From Octopus bimaculoides (taxonomy: Eukaryota), in the NCBI RefSeq assembly GCF_001194135.2, contig NC_068990.1:84864940-84928939 (forward strand): a stretch of DNA of 64,000 nucleotides, given 5' to 3'. The notes beneath the pieces are model-generated. The model ran no database searches and was not told where the DNA came from. It saw nothing but the letters and a program-made list of their open reading frames with translations. Shown here in pieces: positions 36,344 through 49,900 of this stretch; the first letter of the stretch is position 1; the number at the start of each line of letters is the position of its first letter. A program made the position numbers and the translations under genes.

Positions 36344-38238
36344 GTTTCACAATAATCTGTAAGAGAAATTAATGAGGGTAAGTACCATTATTTGTTTAAT
36401 TATGATTGGTTGAAATGGTCAAATACTTCTCACTCACAATGTTTTCATATTCATACAGAAAAAATGAAAAAGAAATTCTGATTTTCCCTGCAAGCTGTAT
36501 TTAACTTTAACTTTTAAACATGGGAACTTAGGTGACTCAAGGCTTATAGAAGTCCATGGTGCCATGCAAAACAAGCAAATCTGAATCCACACGATCATGG
36601 TTTTGAGTTTGCTCTCATGAACAAAATACAAAATTAAAGATTCACCATTCTCTGAAGACCTTCCACTGCATGTTTAAATGTACTCTTTCGTGTATCATTA
36701 TAATATCAGCTTCTGCTTCACTGAACTAGATGTCAGCATATCTTCTTCACCCAAATCCTATCATCTCTTCTCAGACCTCACAATAAGCACTTCGTCTGAT
36801 CTTTCCACACTAGAACCATAAATCCACTTCCATCTCTATCCATATTTTCCCTAAATACATACATACAAATACAGACTTACAGAACTTTTGAGCACTGATC
36901 ACATAAATCTCACTAGCTGAGCCTCTCAAACTGCAAGAAATAGCAGCCAAATCTTCCTTTGCGCAAATTTTTTTCATATTCGTTTTCTACCCCCCCCCCC
37001 CTTTTTTTTGTTTTTCTTGTTTTCGTGACCGGAACTTAAACTGTATATTGACCAAAATTGGTATTTCTTTGCTTGAAATTTTTCACAAATAACTTTCAGA
37101 CGATGTAGATTATGTTTATATCGAAATTCAGAGTGGTCAAAAAATAAATAAATAAATAAAAAAGGTGGGCACGCAAAAGTAAATGAAACTTGAAATTTTG
37201 ATAAAAATTTGTGACGTGTGTCAGTATGCGTGTGCATGCANNNNNNNNNNNNNNNNNNNNNNNNNNNNNNNNNNNNNNNNNNNNNNNNNNNNNNNNNNNN
37301 NNNNNNNNNNNNNNNNNNNNNNNNNNNNNNNNNNNNNNNNNNNNNNNNNNNNNNNNNNNNNNNNNNNNNNNNNNNNNNNNNNNNNNNNNNNNNNNNNNNN
37401 NNNNNNNNNNNNNNNNNNNNNNNNNNNNNNNNNNNNNNNNNNNNNNNNNNNNNNNNNNNNNNNNNNNNNNNNNNNNNNNNNNNNNNNNNNNNNNNNNNNN
37501 NNNNNNNNNNNNNNNNNNNNNNNNNNNNNNNNNNNNNNNNNNNNNNNNNNNNNNNNNNNNNNNNNNNNNNNNNACACTGCGCGAAATGCTGATCGGGATT
37601 TCATCTGTTTTTTTATGTTCTGAGTTCAAATTCCGCCGGGGTCGACTTTGCTTTTCATCTTTTCGGGGTCGATAAATTAAGTACCAGTTACGCACTGGAG
37701 TCGATGTAATCGACTTAATCCCTTTGTTTGTCCTTGTTTGTCCCCTCTATGTTTATCCCCTTGTGGGAAATAAAGAAATAAGAAATGTTAGCACGTTGCG
37801 CGAAATGCTTAGCAGTATTTCATCTGTCTTTACGTTCTGAGTTCAAATTACGCCGGGGTCGACTTTGCCTTTCATCCTTTCGGGGTCGATAAATTAAGAA
37901 CTAGTTGAGTACTGACCCCCCACCCAGAAATTTCGGGCCTTGTGCCTAGAGTAGAGAACAATTTACTGAGAAATTTGGTTGTAATTTTTAGAAGGTCTGT
38001 CGTGAGGTAAGACAATAAAAGTTATTCAGTTAATGAAATATACCAAATAATAAGTTTCTGGCATAGGGACAAGACCAATAATTTGAAGGAAAGGGGTTAG
38101 GTGCCTCGAAGTTATTTGGAAACCAACGAAACAGACTCCACATGGTTGGTATTCGGCCATGCTCGTTATGAAGCGTGGAGAAAATGTAATCATATTGTAA
38201 TGTCGAGGAGAAAGACGCATTAGATAATGCTATAGATG

Positions 38239-38385
38239 TTGCACGAACAAAAACATGAAGATAGTCAATACAGAAAGAAAAACAATAATAAACAAACAGT
38301 CCGATAGAAGATTGCAAGAACAAAAACACGAAGATAGTCAATACAGAAAGAAAAACAATAATAAACAAACAGTCCGATAGAAGAT
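38239..38385. repeat. 73-bp tandem duplication x2
   Basis: ttgcacgaacaaaaacatgaagatagtc...ccgatagaagat repeated with 2 mismatches. Confidence 0.88.
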
Positions 38386-38559
38386 CAATACGGAGTTTGG
38401 AAAGTTTTTTGGGTGCTTAAAACAAATGAAGAGAACAACCAAATAGTTTATCATCGAAAGAGGAAGTCGAGTAGATGGTAGAAGTACCTCAAAACAAAAA
38501 TTCGCACGCAGAGAAATGGAAAACATTGGGAAAACATGTGAAACACATTAATTTCTCAC

Positions 38560-38600
38560 CCACCAAAATGAATCGACGAAGAGAGCGGCTTTGCTGTTGT
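38560..38600 (-). promoter_or_regulatory. Possible non-coding first exon / TSS region of the ARM-AlbA gene
   Basis: CpG-retaining segment gccgctctcttcgtcgattcattttggtgg ending in donor |gtgaga at 38559. The ATG exon has an acceptor, so an upstream exon is needed. The 5' end is not defined. Confidence 0.3.
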
Positions 38601-39129
38601 TTCTGCTAGAAATAGCAGCCAAATCTCACTCAGCTAACATCTTAACGTCTTCATAAACGATTCATGGTTTAATATAATCTTAGATACACTATGTGTGAAT
38701 AAAAAAGATGGGATAGTGACTTCTGGAATAACTTTAATCTAGGTCCGGTTAAATTTGGAGCTAAATAACAACAAGTGACAGTACAGAAAACCGGAAGTAC
38801 GACCATTTTAGTTTCTTTAATGGATGAAAAAGCAAAACAAGTAAAAAAGGAGGGGCGAACCCAATTAGAAAGCTTCTCCGGGAACACTCAGCGTGCTAGA
38901 AATAGCAACCAAATATCCCTCGAATCATGATTTAGTCATACTCTACTGCATCGTGCGCAGTTAACCACTGCACATCAACAAATGCAACACTTAAATTGAC
39001 AGAGGTATATATAGAATTAGGTGAAGGGAGAATAAGAGGGGATGTTTTTCGAATGTTATATAATATGATTGATAAAGAGAAACAACTTGCGTCACTTGAG
39101 TTTTGCTTTATACAGCCAGTAAAATATAG

Positions 39130-39253
39130 GGTAAATTTTCAGATTAACACCGGCACGATTTTCACTAGGGTGTTAGGGTTAGAGAATTCCGTCCCTAACC
39201 CTGACCCTAACACCCTAGTGAAGATCGTGCGATTGTTAATCTGAAAATTTACC
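39130..39253. mobile_element. MITE with long TIRs and internal TTAGGG/CCCTAA motifs
   Basis: ggtaaattttcagattaaca...ctagggtgttagggtt / accctaacaccctagtga...tgttaatctgaaaatttacc. Second copy begins at 63913. Confidence 0.75.
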
Positions 39254-39783
39254 ATCTGTCAATGAGGGAGTCGCTACTAATTTCCCTTTTATTTGTTTTA
39301 GTCATTGGACCGCAGCCATGCTGGGACATTGTTTTTGAAAGGTTTGGTCGAAGAAATCGGTTCCAGTCTGGTACTTGTTCTATCAGTCTGTTTTGCAGAA
39401 TCGTTACGTTGCAGGGACATAATAAATAAACAAGCACCAGTTGTCAAGCGACGGTGGGGGACAAATATAAGCACAAAGGTACACACACACATACACATAA
39501 CTGGATTCCACATAGTTTCCACCGACCAAATGAACTCACAAAGCATTGGTCGGCCCAGGGCTATAAAAGACGAATGCAGTGAGACCAAACCTAAAGGTAC
39601 ATGGCTGGAAAGCAAGCTTCACATAGCTATGTCTGTGCCAATGGTCCAGTGTTAGCCATGTATGGCACGGCATGCAATGAAGGGTTAACACATTTTGCAT
39701 GGCAGCAACTTTGGCTTTGAAATATAGATATAACATCAGTTTCAAACAAGAGAACATTTTTTATAAAGGCATATAAACCATGT

Positions 39784-40080
39784 GTGGAGATGCAATGGCT
39801 CAGTGGTTAGGGCAGCGGACTCGCGGTTTCAATTCCCAGACTGGGTGTTGTGAATGTTTATTGCGTGGAAATACCTAAGCTCCACAAGGCTCCGGCAGAG
39901 GGTGGTGGTGACCCCTGTTGTACTCTTTTGCCCCATCTTTCTTTCACTCTTTCATCCTGTTTCTTGAGTAATGCTGCGATGGACTGGTGTCCCGTCCAGC
40001 TGGGGGGAACACACACGCCATAGAAACCGGGAAACTGGGCCCATGAGCCTGGTTAGGCTTTGAAAGGGCGCATAAATAAA
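39784..40080 (+). mobile_element. tRNA-head SINE with V-domain-like body
   Basis: Same head as 32816-32700; body gcgatggactggtgtcccgtccag...agaaaccgggaaactgggccc. Domain name is from memory. Confidence 0.65.
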
Positions 40081-40305
40081 CTAAACCATAATGTCGCACT
40101 GTATATATAAGACTTTATTAGTCCCTGTCGCTCTATTCATTTAGGTAAGGAAAGCATTTAAATTCAGTAACTTGTACCAAGGGAAAGCTATTTTTTTGCA
40201 AATAAACTTTGTTCTTTTCTCAATGCTGAAGTTTGTGTTTCCCTAACTAAAGATATCAAAAATGAGGTACCTTTGTATCTAATGTCACATATTCAATAAA
40301 GTAGG

Positions 40306-40474
40306 CAAGGCCGGCTCAAGGTACCAGCAACTCAGGTAGTCAACTAGGGCATCATGTGCATTTTAGTCTACATTTTCAGTTTTTCTCCTTGTGAAAGTTT
40401 TTAAAAATTATACTTGTAAGGGTGCCAAAGTTCAACTTGCCTGGGGGCACCAGCAACCCTAGGGCCTGCCCTGA
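40306..40474. mobile_element. Possible MITE with CAGGGCCGG-type TIRs
   Basis: caaggccggctcaagg / ctagggcctgccctg. Confidence 0.4.
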
Positions 40475-41003
40475 AAGTAGGTACACTAGATTAAATGAGG
40501 TTGTGGGCCACATTTGGTCCATGACCCAAAATTTGCTGCACTCCTGATTTAGGTTCTGATTTGAGAAAGATTCGACATTTATTTTGAAGTCGAGTGACTT
40601 TATAGCCTTGTTTAAAACAAATAGTATTTGTATGTGATACTTAACAGCCAATATCTATCTCTTCAATTGAAACAATGTAGTGCATGAAAAGAAAAATGTA
40701 CAATTTAAAAATCAATATATATATTCAACTTATGATGAAAGTANNNNNNNNNNNNNNNNNNNNNNNNNNNNNNNNNNNNNNNNNNNNNNNNNNNNNNNNN
40801 NNNNNNNNNNNNNNNNNNNNNNNNNNNNNNNAGACAAAGACAGGCAGAAACAAGGAAAATGCCCCTTGTATCTGAATACTATGCAAATATTCTTTTAAAA
40901 AACTTTTCTTTTAATTTTTTCAAAATTTAATTGTTTTCCATATTCACAGTCTCAATGACTGAAACCGAAAATTATTTCAACATTTTCTACCTTGACTTTT
41001 TTT

Positions 41004-41040
<37 letters not shown>

Positions 41041-41574
41041 CTATGCTTTGACAGTTTTTGTTTTCAGCTAGACACCTTTCCTATCACCAACTACTTAACA
41101 GCAAGAGCTAGGTACATTTTATTATGTCATGAGTATTAAAGATGGTTGTCTATGGTAAGACAAAATAGTCTGCTTTATCCTGCATCAGTGATTTTGTTCA
41201 GCATTCTCATGGACCCAAATGGGTTACCTGCACTGAAGCTTATGGAGACCATGTCTCCCCATTTGTTTATTTTTATGTGATTTCAGTATATTACTGGTAC
41301 TAATTTTATTACCTCAAGAATGATCTGAACCAAGTTCGATAAAGCAGTCAATCCTGCCTCAACTTCTTTGACTACTAAAATCCAAAACACAAATGAGAAC
41401 ACCTCTAATTAGTTGCTTGATCTGCTCAAATTCCCATGAAATAGGCCCTAGCAACTTAAAAAAAAGAGGAGACCTTATCCAGGGATCTGTTGTCCTGAAT
41501 AGATTATGCCTGAAACAAAAAATGGGCAAACAGTTTGAACTCCTTTGGTTGCAGTTTGACCTAGTGCTAAGCAG

Positions 41575-41920
41575 TCATCATCATTGTTTAATGTCTGCTT
41601 TCCATGCTGGCATGGGTTGGATGGTTTGACTGAAAACTGGACGAGCTGGTGGTGGGGACGCACCAGGTTCTGATCTGATCTGACAAAGTTTTTACAGCTG
41701 GATGCCCTTCCTAATGCCAACCACTCCGAGAGTGTAATGGGTGTTTTTTACGTACCATTGACCATGACTACAGTCTCACTTGGCTTGACAGATCTACACA
41801 AGCACGGTATATCGCCAAGGGTCTTAGTCACCTGTCACTGCCTCCATGAGACCCAACACTCAAACAGAACATTTTACGTGGCACTGGCACAGGTGCCAGC
41901 CAGACGGCACTGGCATTGAC
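41575..41920 (-). mobile_element. Family A repeat
   Basis: (CAT)n and family core, diverged. Confidence 0.75.
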
Positions 41921-42547
41921 CACAGTAGCAAAAACAAAAAGAATACAAATGATTTTGCCATCAGTATTAATTCATAGCACACCATCATCATCATTCACAG
42001 TCTAGTTTTCATGCTGATATGGGTTGTAGAGTTTGACAGGATCTAAAGAGCTGGAGGTCTTCATCATGCAGCACTACTTATTTCAGCATATTTACTACAG
42101 TTGTATGCCTTTCTTAATGATAACTCTATTACAGAGTGTATTGGGTGCTTTTTTCATAACATCAGCACTAGTGATGATCACCAGGAAATTTTCAAGGTTA
42201 AGGGTCCAAAGTGGCTCCTATAGCAGACGCAGAACAGAAGAGAGAGTGGACGATGATTCTAGGCAGATGGATGGTATGAGAGGCTGGTGGAGTATGGTAA
42301 AGAACAGGTGAGAAGGCAGGGATTAGCGAAGCAATGTTATAGTTTATATTTAAACTGCTCCGTTAATTTGACAATTATGTTTTTGAATTAGTAATTATTT
42401 TTATGCATAAAAAATATAGGGAATTAAAAACAAAACGAAATTTGATTTCACTAATTATTGTAATAAATAACAAAAAACAAACAGATACAAAAAAGCCTTT
42501 ATCATGTAAGATAAATTTGTGTTAGTAGTAAACCTGTCTTTTATAAC

Positions 42548-42582
<35 letters not shown>

Positions 42583-42776
42583 AAGCATACAACCTTGACA
42601 AAAATTCCACTTGTTCATCTGGTCTGATGAATTGATTGTGGTAAATGTGAAGTGATAAAAATATTGATTTTAGTCACTTGTATTTTCATTGTATAGTTTA
42701 CATCTTACATGAAAACTGTTTTAGTTGCTTTCTTTGGCTTTTTTGAAGAATGAAACATCTTTTCATTTATTTACAT

Positions 42777-42782
42777 TTTATT
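42777..42782 (-). terminator. Candidate TAF5 polyadenylation signal AATAAA
   Basis: First minus-strand AATAAA, about 45 nt after the stop. The region is AT-rich, so this may be chance. Confidence 0.3.
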
Positions 42783-42826
42783 TTTTAAACTTCAGCAGAT
42801 TGACTATGATGATTCTTTGGTACTAA

Positions 42827-42941
42827 TTATGGTATAAATGGACCTGTGGCCAAAAGTAAATTTCGCTGAGTAAAATGTAGGCCTAAAACAGGCGTTGATT
42901 TAGTAGGGAAAGTTCCAAGAAGTAAATTTGGGTTGTCGTTG
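42827..42941 (-). CDS. TAF5: TAF5 terminal exon 19 ([38 protein letters not shown])
   Basis: cttttcag| acceptor after a 112-nt intron, TAA at 42829-42827. Confidence 0.95.
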
Positions 42942-43898
42942 CTGAAAAGAATAAAACAAAAATAATTAAATATAATAAATTGAAATAATATGACATTATA
43001 TTCTTACAAATTAAACCATTTAAGTACAAGAACAAATTTAAATTGACACTTACACATGAATTGTGCTTGGAATATTAGTGTCACCATCTGAATCTTGATC
43101 TTCAAAAACTTTTGTTACATCCCACAGTTTTACAGAATTGTCCAGGCCACCTAGAAAGAGCAAGGAAATTAATCAGATTTAGGACTTCAAATGGAACATT
43201 GCACTATCCTAGTTTTTTTTCTATCCCTACTTACTTCTGCTTACCTCATACCCTGAGGTGCCACTGGAGACCCCATCACCACTATTAGCTCCTCTATAAC
43301 AAGAGCCAGACCTACTCCCCCTACTGGTTTCTCATTGACAACAATAGAATTTGTAAGAAAACTAATAAATAAATAAATTGAATTGAATTCAGTACATGTT
43401 TGGTGCTCAACTTATTGCAGTGAAAACATGCTATAAAACAAACGAAACAACATCATCATCATCATTGAAAGGTACTTTATTTTATTGACCCCGAAAGAAT
43501 CAAAGGTAAAGTTGACCTTAGTGAGATTCAAAGTTAGAATGTAAAGTGCTGGAAGAAGTGGTGCTAAGCATTTTGTTCAAAAACGATTCTGCCAACCCAC
43601 CCACTATAGCAATAAAAAAAAAATTGCTTACCAGAGGCCAGAATAGCTCCTTCTTTACTGAAACATAATGAATACACTGTGCTTGAGTGTCCCTTCAGTT
43701 GAGCAACCAGGTTCCCATTTGCCATGTCCCATAAATGAATAACTTTATCAACACCTAAATTACAAGGGAACATAAAAATATTGTAAATTCAATACAGCAG
43801 GGTATGTGTATATGTTTACATGCATATATAAGCATGTGTAATTATATATATACATCAGAGAGAGAGAGAGAGAGAGGGGGGAGAGAGAGGGGGGAGAG

Positions 43899-43929
<31 letters not shown>

Positions 43930-46900
43930 CTGTAGTAAAATTCTAGTGGCAATAAAATGTTGCAGGAGATACAGCAATGTATTGTATTGAAGGAAAAAGT
44001 TTTATTCTTATCCCTGACTTGAACAAGTGGAGACAACATAGAGTAGAGGAAACTCTTGAGTCTTGCTGAAGACATGACAACCTCTTTAGTGTTGATGGTA
44101 TGAGGAAATACATTCAGTCCACTGTAATGAGGCTGGTGCTAGGAAGGGCATCCAGTTGTAGAAATCATGCCAAATAAGAATGCACAAGCAGGATATTGTC
44201 CTTCAACCTATCTCGGTTAGTAGTGACTCCAGGTAAGAAATGGGTTGAAACATGACAACACAGGAAGCCTATGCCAACACTAAAAGCAGACATAAAATGA
44301 TGACTGAATTAATTTGAACCTATTAACTGAATATATTTGGAAAACACCTACCTGCTGAAGCAAGGTAACGTCCATCAGGAGAAAACTGCAGGACATGGAT
44401 TGAGGCCTGTTTAAATATAGCAACAAAACAAAATCAGTGACGTTCAATAATTGCAAAAAAAGGAAAAAAACAAAAACAAAATTAAAACAAAAAAAAAGGG
44501 GAGGTCATATTTGTTTATGTTGCTCAACCTACTAAAAATGGCAGCTAAACATCCCTAAAACTACATCTTGCCATCTTAAGGAAATGAACGACATTCTGGA
44601 TAATGTATTTCTAGAAAAAACAATAGCTGAGAGAACAGGATGATCGTGGCCGGAATGTTTTGATAATAAACCTCTTTGATCAAACCTGGCCAAGAGCCAA
44701 ACAGCAACTACTGCATTTTAACAACATTAGTATCTCGATGCAAAAGATTTTTCAAAACATAGTTCAAGAGTCATTGATTTTTGATAGGTCTTCTAGAAAT
44801 AACAGTCAAATCTCTCCTGTCTATCATCTCACTATCTTTAAAAAGGGAATGATACATTAAATAACATAATCCAAGATAGTCCTAAACAGATGGAAGTGTC
44901 ATAACAAGAATGCCTTTGATCTTCAGTCTATTTAAGCAAGGTTGACTCAAGGTTAAACATCTACAACATTCACATCAAGTTTTGTGTAACAGTCGTTGTG
45001 ACCTCTTGTTTTTATTGGGTTTGAAACAAATAGAGACTAGATACTTCTCTTATTCCACTAGAGTTAGAGAATAGATTTACTTACCTTATGACCAGTCATA
45101 AAGCGAATGCAATCTCCAGTTAGGACATCCCAGACTCGAACTGCTCGGTCACTAGAACCAGTAGCTATATAATTGGAATTGGGGTGAAACTGGACACACT
45201 GAAATGATTTAATTCAAAGGAAATTGAAACACAACTATGAAGGAATGAACCCACTGATATTTTATCATCCACATTATTATATGTAAATTAGCAATTAAGA
45301 TTTAAATGATATTAGACACTGATTTGAAACAAAAAGGAACAAGAAGATAATGCATCTATTGCTTGGTTACAATAAAGAAGGCCTATCAAGCTATCTTCTG
45401 AAATCAAGTATTATGTATAACTTCTGCTGTTTTAAGAGTATTGTATTATCAAGACAAGATAATTCATCAGTAAGGATAGGTTATTCAACAGGTGTCCAAC
45501 ACAAATATCTTATCTCTGTTTTGTGTTAGCAAATGGAAATAACATTGAAAAATACCTTAAGAATGAGAACCCAGGTTCAAAATTTCTCCAAGACACCTGA
45601 TGAAGGCTGGAGAGTATACCAGCCGAAACATTGTGTTAACAAACAAACAAGATGAGGACAAATATCTGTCAAATGTAAATAATGTACATAATTCCTCATG
45701 TCTTAAATATAGAACTGTATTTCCAGTGTCATGTATAATAACTGTCCCAGTATTTAGATTTAATGAGTGTAAACACTAAAGGTGGAAAAATAGAAGAGTT
45801 TTGTTCATATGTAAATATAATCACTACATTTATTGTCTTCTCTGTGCAACTACCTAATATTATTTTCTAGAGACTATAGAAATAGCTTCAATATTGTCTG
45901 ATGAATGTTTCAATACTTCACATACTATCAGTTTTAGATTCACCTACATGATACAGAGTGACTCCTCAAAGGAGCTAAATATTCATCAATGTAGAGGACA
46001 AACTTAAACTAAACAACATTAGGAGATAATCAATACATTTGCAAGATATGGGGAGATATTAAAAGTAATGTATCTTACATCAACATCACATAAGTGGTCT
46101 GCAAATATTCGCAAAGGTTGTGGATGGTCTGTTGACCAAAGACGAGCAGTACGGTCATGACCAGCGGAAGCAAAATACATTTTATGAGGACTGCAAAGAG
46201 AAAATGCATTTGAAGACATTAAATATTTAAAACATTAGTTCATTTGATTATTCTGGAAAAAAATTAAGTCCACAAAGAATAAAGAAAGATATATCTGAGT
46301 AAAGATTTAAGTTTTTTTAAATTTTAAAATATTCCCATTTAGAAATTCAGATAAAATTTGTTTAATACGTTAGATTAACTAATGATGATGATTGAGCGGG
46401 GTGAGAGTGATGAAGACAAATATAGAAATATTTCATTTCAAGATTATTGATAGTGAAAAGAAATAAGAAATAGTACTAAATATGAGATTAGTAGTCCAAT
46501 AAAACAAGTTTACTTTAGTACTAGTCCATTTTAACAGCATCAACATAAAGCAGTAGTGTTTTTTTGGTCAATATAAAGATCTTCAACCGAGAACAAGAAA
46601 AAAAAAAACAGCCTGGTGAGGGTTAACAAGTATGTAGAAAACGAATATGAAAAAAAAATATGCTTGCTGACGACCCTGGGGGTGAGGAGTCGGGAGGGGA
46701 CTTTCGGAAAATTCACAGGATCCGATTTTACCGGAAGATCAAGGAAGACACAAGAGAAAAAGATGAAATCAGAGCTCAGAGCTTTGTATTTCATGGCTAA
46801 GAGGGAAACTATCACATGTGGTGATAGACTGTATCCCAGGCATAACCAACCCACACTTGCAAAGACAACTGGACTGTAAAATAATGATGTTGATTAATAT

Positions 46901-49900
46901 ACATGTTCTCGCCCACAGGCACAGTGTCTTTTCTGCATTGAATAATAGTTCGGTGTCCTTTATTAAGGGAAAATTCTCGTCACTTAGCCAAAGTGAGTCA
47001 TATGCTTTGACGAAGAAACAGTGAATACAGTCGCTTGTCAAACACCTCAACAACACAGCTATTGCTCCTGTATGATTTACGGATGTGTGTGTGTGTGTGT
47101 ATGAAAGAGAGAGAGAGAGAGTAAAAACTTACCTAAACTTGACATCCCATACAGGATAATTGTGACCCTTATAGCAGACTAAATTTGACCAGGTCATTAA
47201 ACTCCAAAGGCGAACTGGGAGCAGAAAAAAATTATAAAGATGAAAATAAGTGTACATATAAAAAGAAAAATAGAACAAACTTCTAAATTTACAATGCTGT
47301 TTATGCCTAGATAGAACTAGAAAATATAACTACAGTTTCTTACTGACATCTAGAGCTTGCCTATCTGTATTATATCTGTTTACTACCCATCCATCCAATA
47401 TCTATATATGTTTGTGTGTGTGTGTGTGTGTGTACATACACACAAATATTGCAGTTTTTAAATGAAAGATGAAATTACTATTCATTGGTACTACATGGCA
47501 TAGAGATTTTCTCATGTATGGTTGGGTGGTAAGAATTTGCATTCCAGCCACTGCATGGCACCTTGAGCAAGTTTCTTCTATTATGGCTTCAGGCTGACCA
47601 AAACCATGCATGCTTGTGTCTGGGCCATACCTGCACTTAAAATGTATATTTAGGAATAAGATACTTGGAGACAATCAGCGATAAACTCAATAAAACCTAA
47701 GTAAGATGTAAAACATTTTCTTTCTTTAAAATGAAGTTAACAAGCTAAACAATTATAATTGTGTTAATAAGGAGTCATCTCAAATATCAAGTCAATAAGA
47801 TTGAAATGTCTGATTTTCTAATGCACCAAGTTTGACAGTCGTTAACACTAATGTTTTGTCCTGACAATTCTTTGTCTTACAACATTGAAGAGTTACATCA
47901 TCACTTTTCGAAATGCAATTCATGGTATCTGATTATGTTGTTTATGAATATGAGTTCTGTTGTGGAACCAATGCATCCCAGACAGCTCGAAACATCAATG
48001 AGGTGTTTGGTGAAGACGTGGCGAATGAGCATACTGTATGTTGATGGTTTGAGAAGTTCTGGTCTGGTGACTTTACTCTTGGAAATCAGCCCTGTGGTAG
48101 ACCTGAGACCAAGGTGGATAATGATGAGCTGGAAACTGTAGTGGAAGCGGATACATCTCAAACCACGCGTAAGTTAGCAGCAAGGTTTGATGTTTCGATA
48201 CCAACAGTATTGGATCATCTAAAACAAATCGGCAAGGTAAAAAAGCTGGACAAGTGGGTACCACATGAACTGAACGAGCATCAAATGACACATTGTCTTG
48301 AAACCTGCTGTTTTTGGCTGTCATGGCATAAAAGCAAACCATTTTTGCATTGTATTGTTATGTGTGATGAAAAATGGATTCTTTTCAACAATAGCAAGCA
48401 TAGTGGTTGGATAGAGACGAAGCGCCAAAATACAATCCAACAAAGAATATTCACCAAAAATAGATAATGGTGTCTGTTTTGTTGTCCAGTGCTGGTGTCA
48501 TCCACTACAACTTCATGAGACCTGGTAAATCAATTACAACAGATGTATACATCAGCCATTTGGATGAAATTATGAGTGAACCTGCAATTAAACAACCAAG
48601 ATTGGTCAACAGAGACAGGCCAATTCTCTTGCAAGACAATGCTTGACCACATGTTGCAAAAGAACACTACTCAAGTTACAGAAACTGAACTTGGAAGTAC
48701 TCTGTCATCCACTATATTCCCCTGACCTTGCACCAACTGACAATCACATTTTCCAGGCATTAGACAATGTTTTGCAAGGAAAAAACTTCAAATCTGAAGA
48801 AGATGCAAAAACAGCCTTTCAGGATTTCATTACCTCTTGCTCTCCAGGATTCTTTGCTGCCGGCAAAAATAAGCTACCAATAAAATGGCAAAATTGTGTT
48901 GATAATTTAGGTGCATACTTTGATTAACTGCATTGCTTTTTGTTGAGATTCAAAATTGGACATTTCATTCTTAATGACCTGATATTCAGACATTTAACAG
49001 AAGGTATGTATTTCTTACTTGTCCCATCGGCAGCAGAAGAGACTAAAAAGTTTCGATCAGGGCTGAAACTGACTGAATGGATAGAGTTACTATGACCAAG
49101 CAGTGTTTTGGCATCAGTGCTTGACCTATCATCCATCATTCTTTCTAGAACATCATCTGCAATAAATAAATAATAATAATAATAATTAGGGACAGCTAAG
49201 ATACTAAGGAGGGTTTTTGGCATCTAAGGTTACTTGTTGTAGCCCAACGTTAGGACTTTTTCTTTTCCAACAATCTTATCTGTTGTGTGTATATGATGAT
49301 GATGATGATGATCATAATAATAATAATCCTTTCTGCTATAGGCACAAGGCCTGAAATTTTGGGGAAGGGAGACTAGTTGATTACATTGACCCCAGTGTTT
49401 CATTGGTACTTAATTTATTGACCCTGAAAGGATGAAAGGCAAAGCTGACCTCGGCAGAATTTGAACTCAGAACGTAGTGACAGACAAAATACTGCTAAGC
49501 ATTTGACCCAGTGTGCTAACGATTCTGCCAGCTCACCACCTGAACAATAAGGATGATGATGGCTTCAAATTTTGGCACAAGGTCAGAAATTTTAAAGGGG
49601 TGGGGACTATTTACACCAGTTGAGACTATTTACACCAGTAACTTGACAGGTACTTAATTTTATCAACTCTGAAAGGATGAAAGGCAAAGTTGACTTTGCT
49701 GTGATTTGAACTCAAAATGTGCCATAACTGCAGCATCAGGCCCTGAATTGTTTCTTGCACAGGCAAAAGGCCAGTGATTTTGAGGGGAGAAGATGGTCAA
49801 TTAAATCAACCCCAACTCCGGACTGGTACTTCATTTTCTCAACTTCAGATGGATGAAAAGTGAAGTTGACTTCAGATGGATTTGCACACAAGTAATAATG

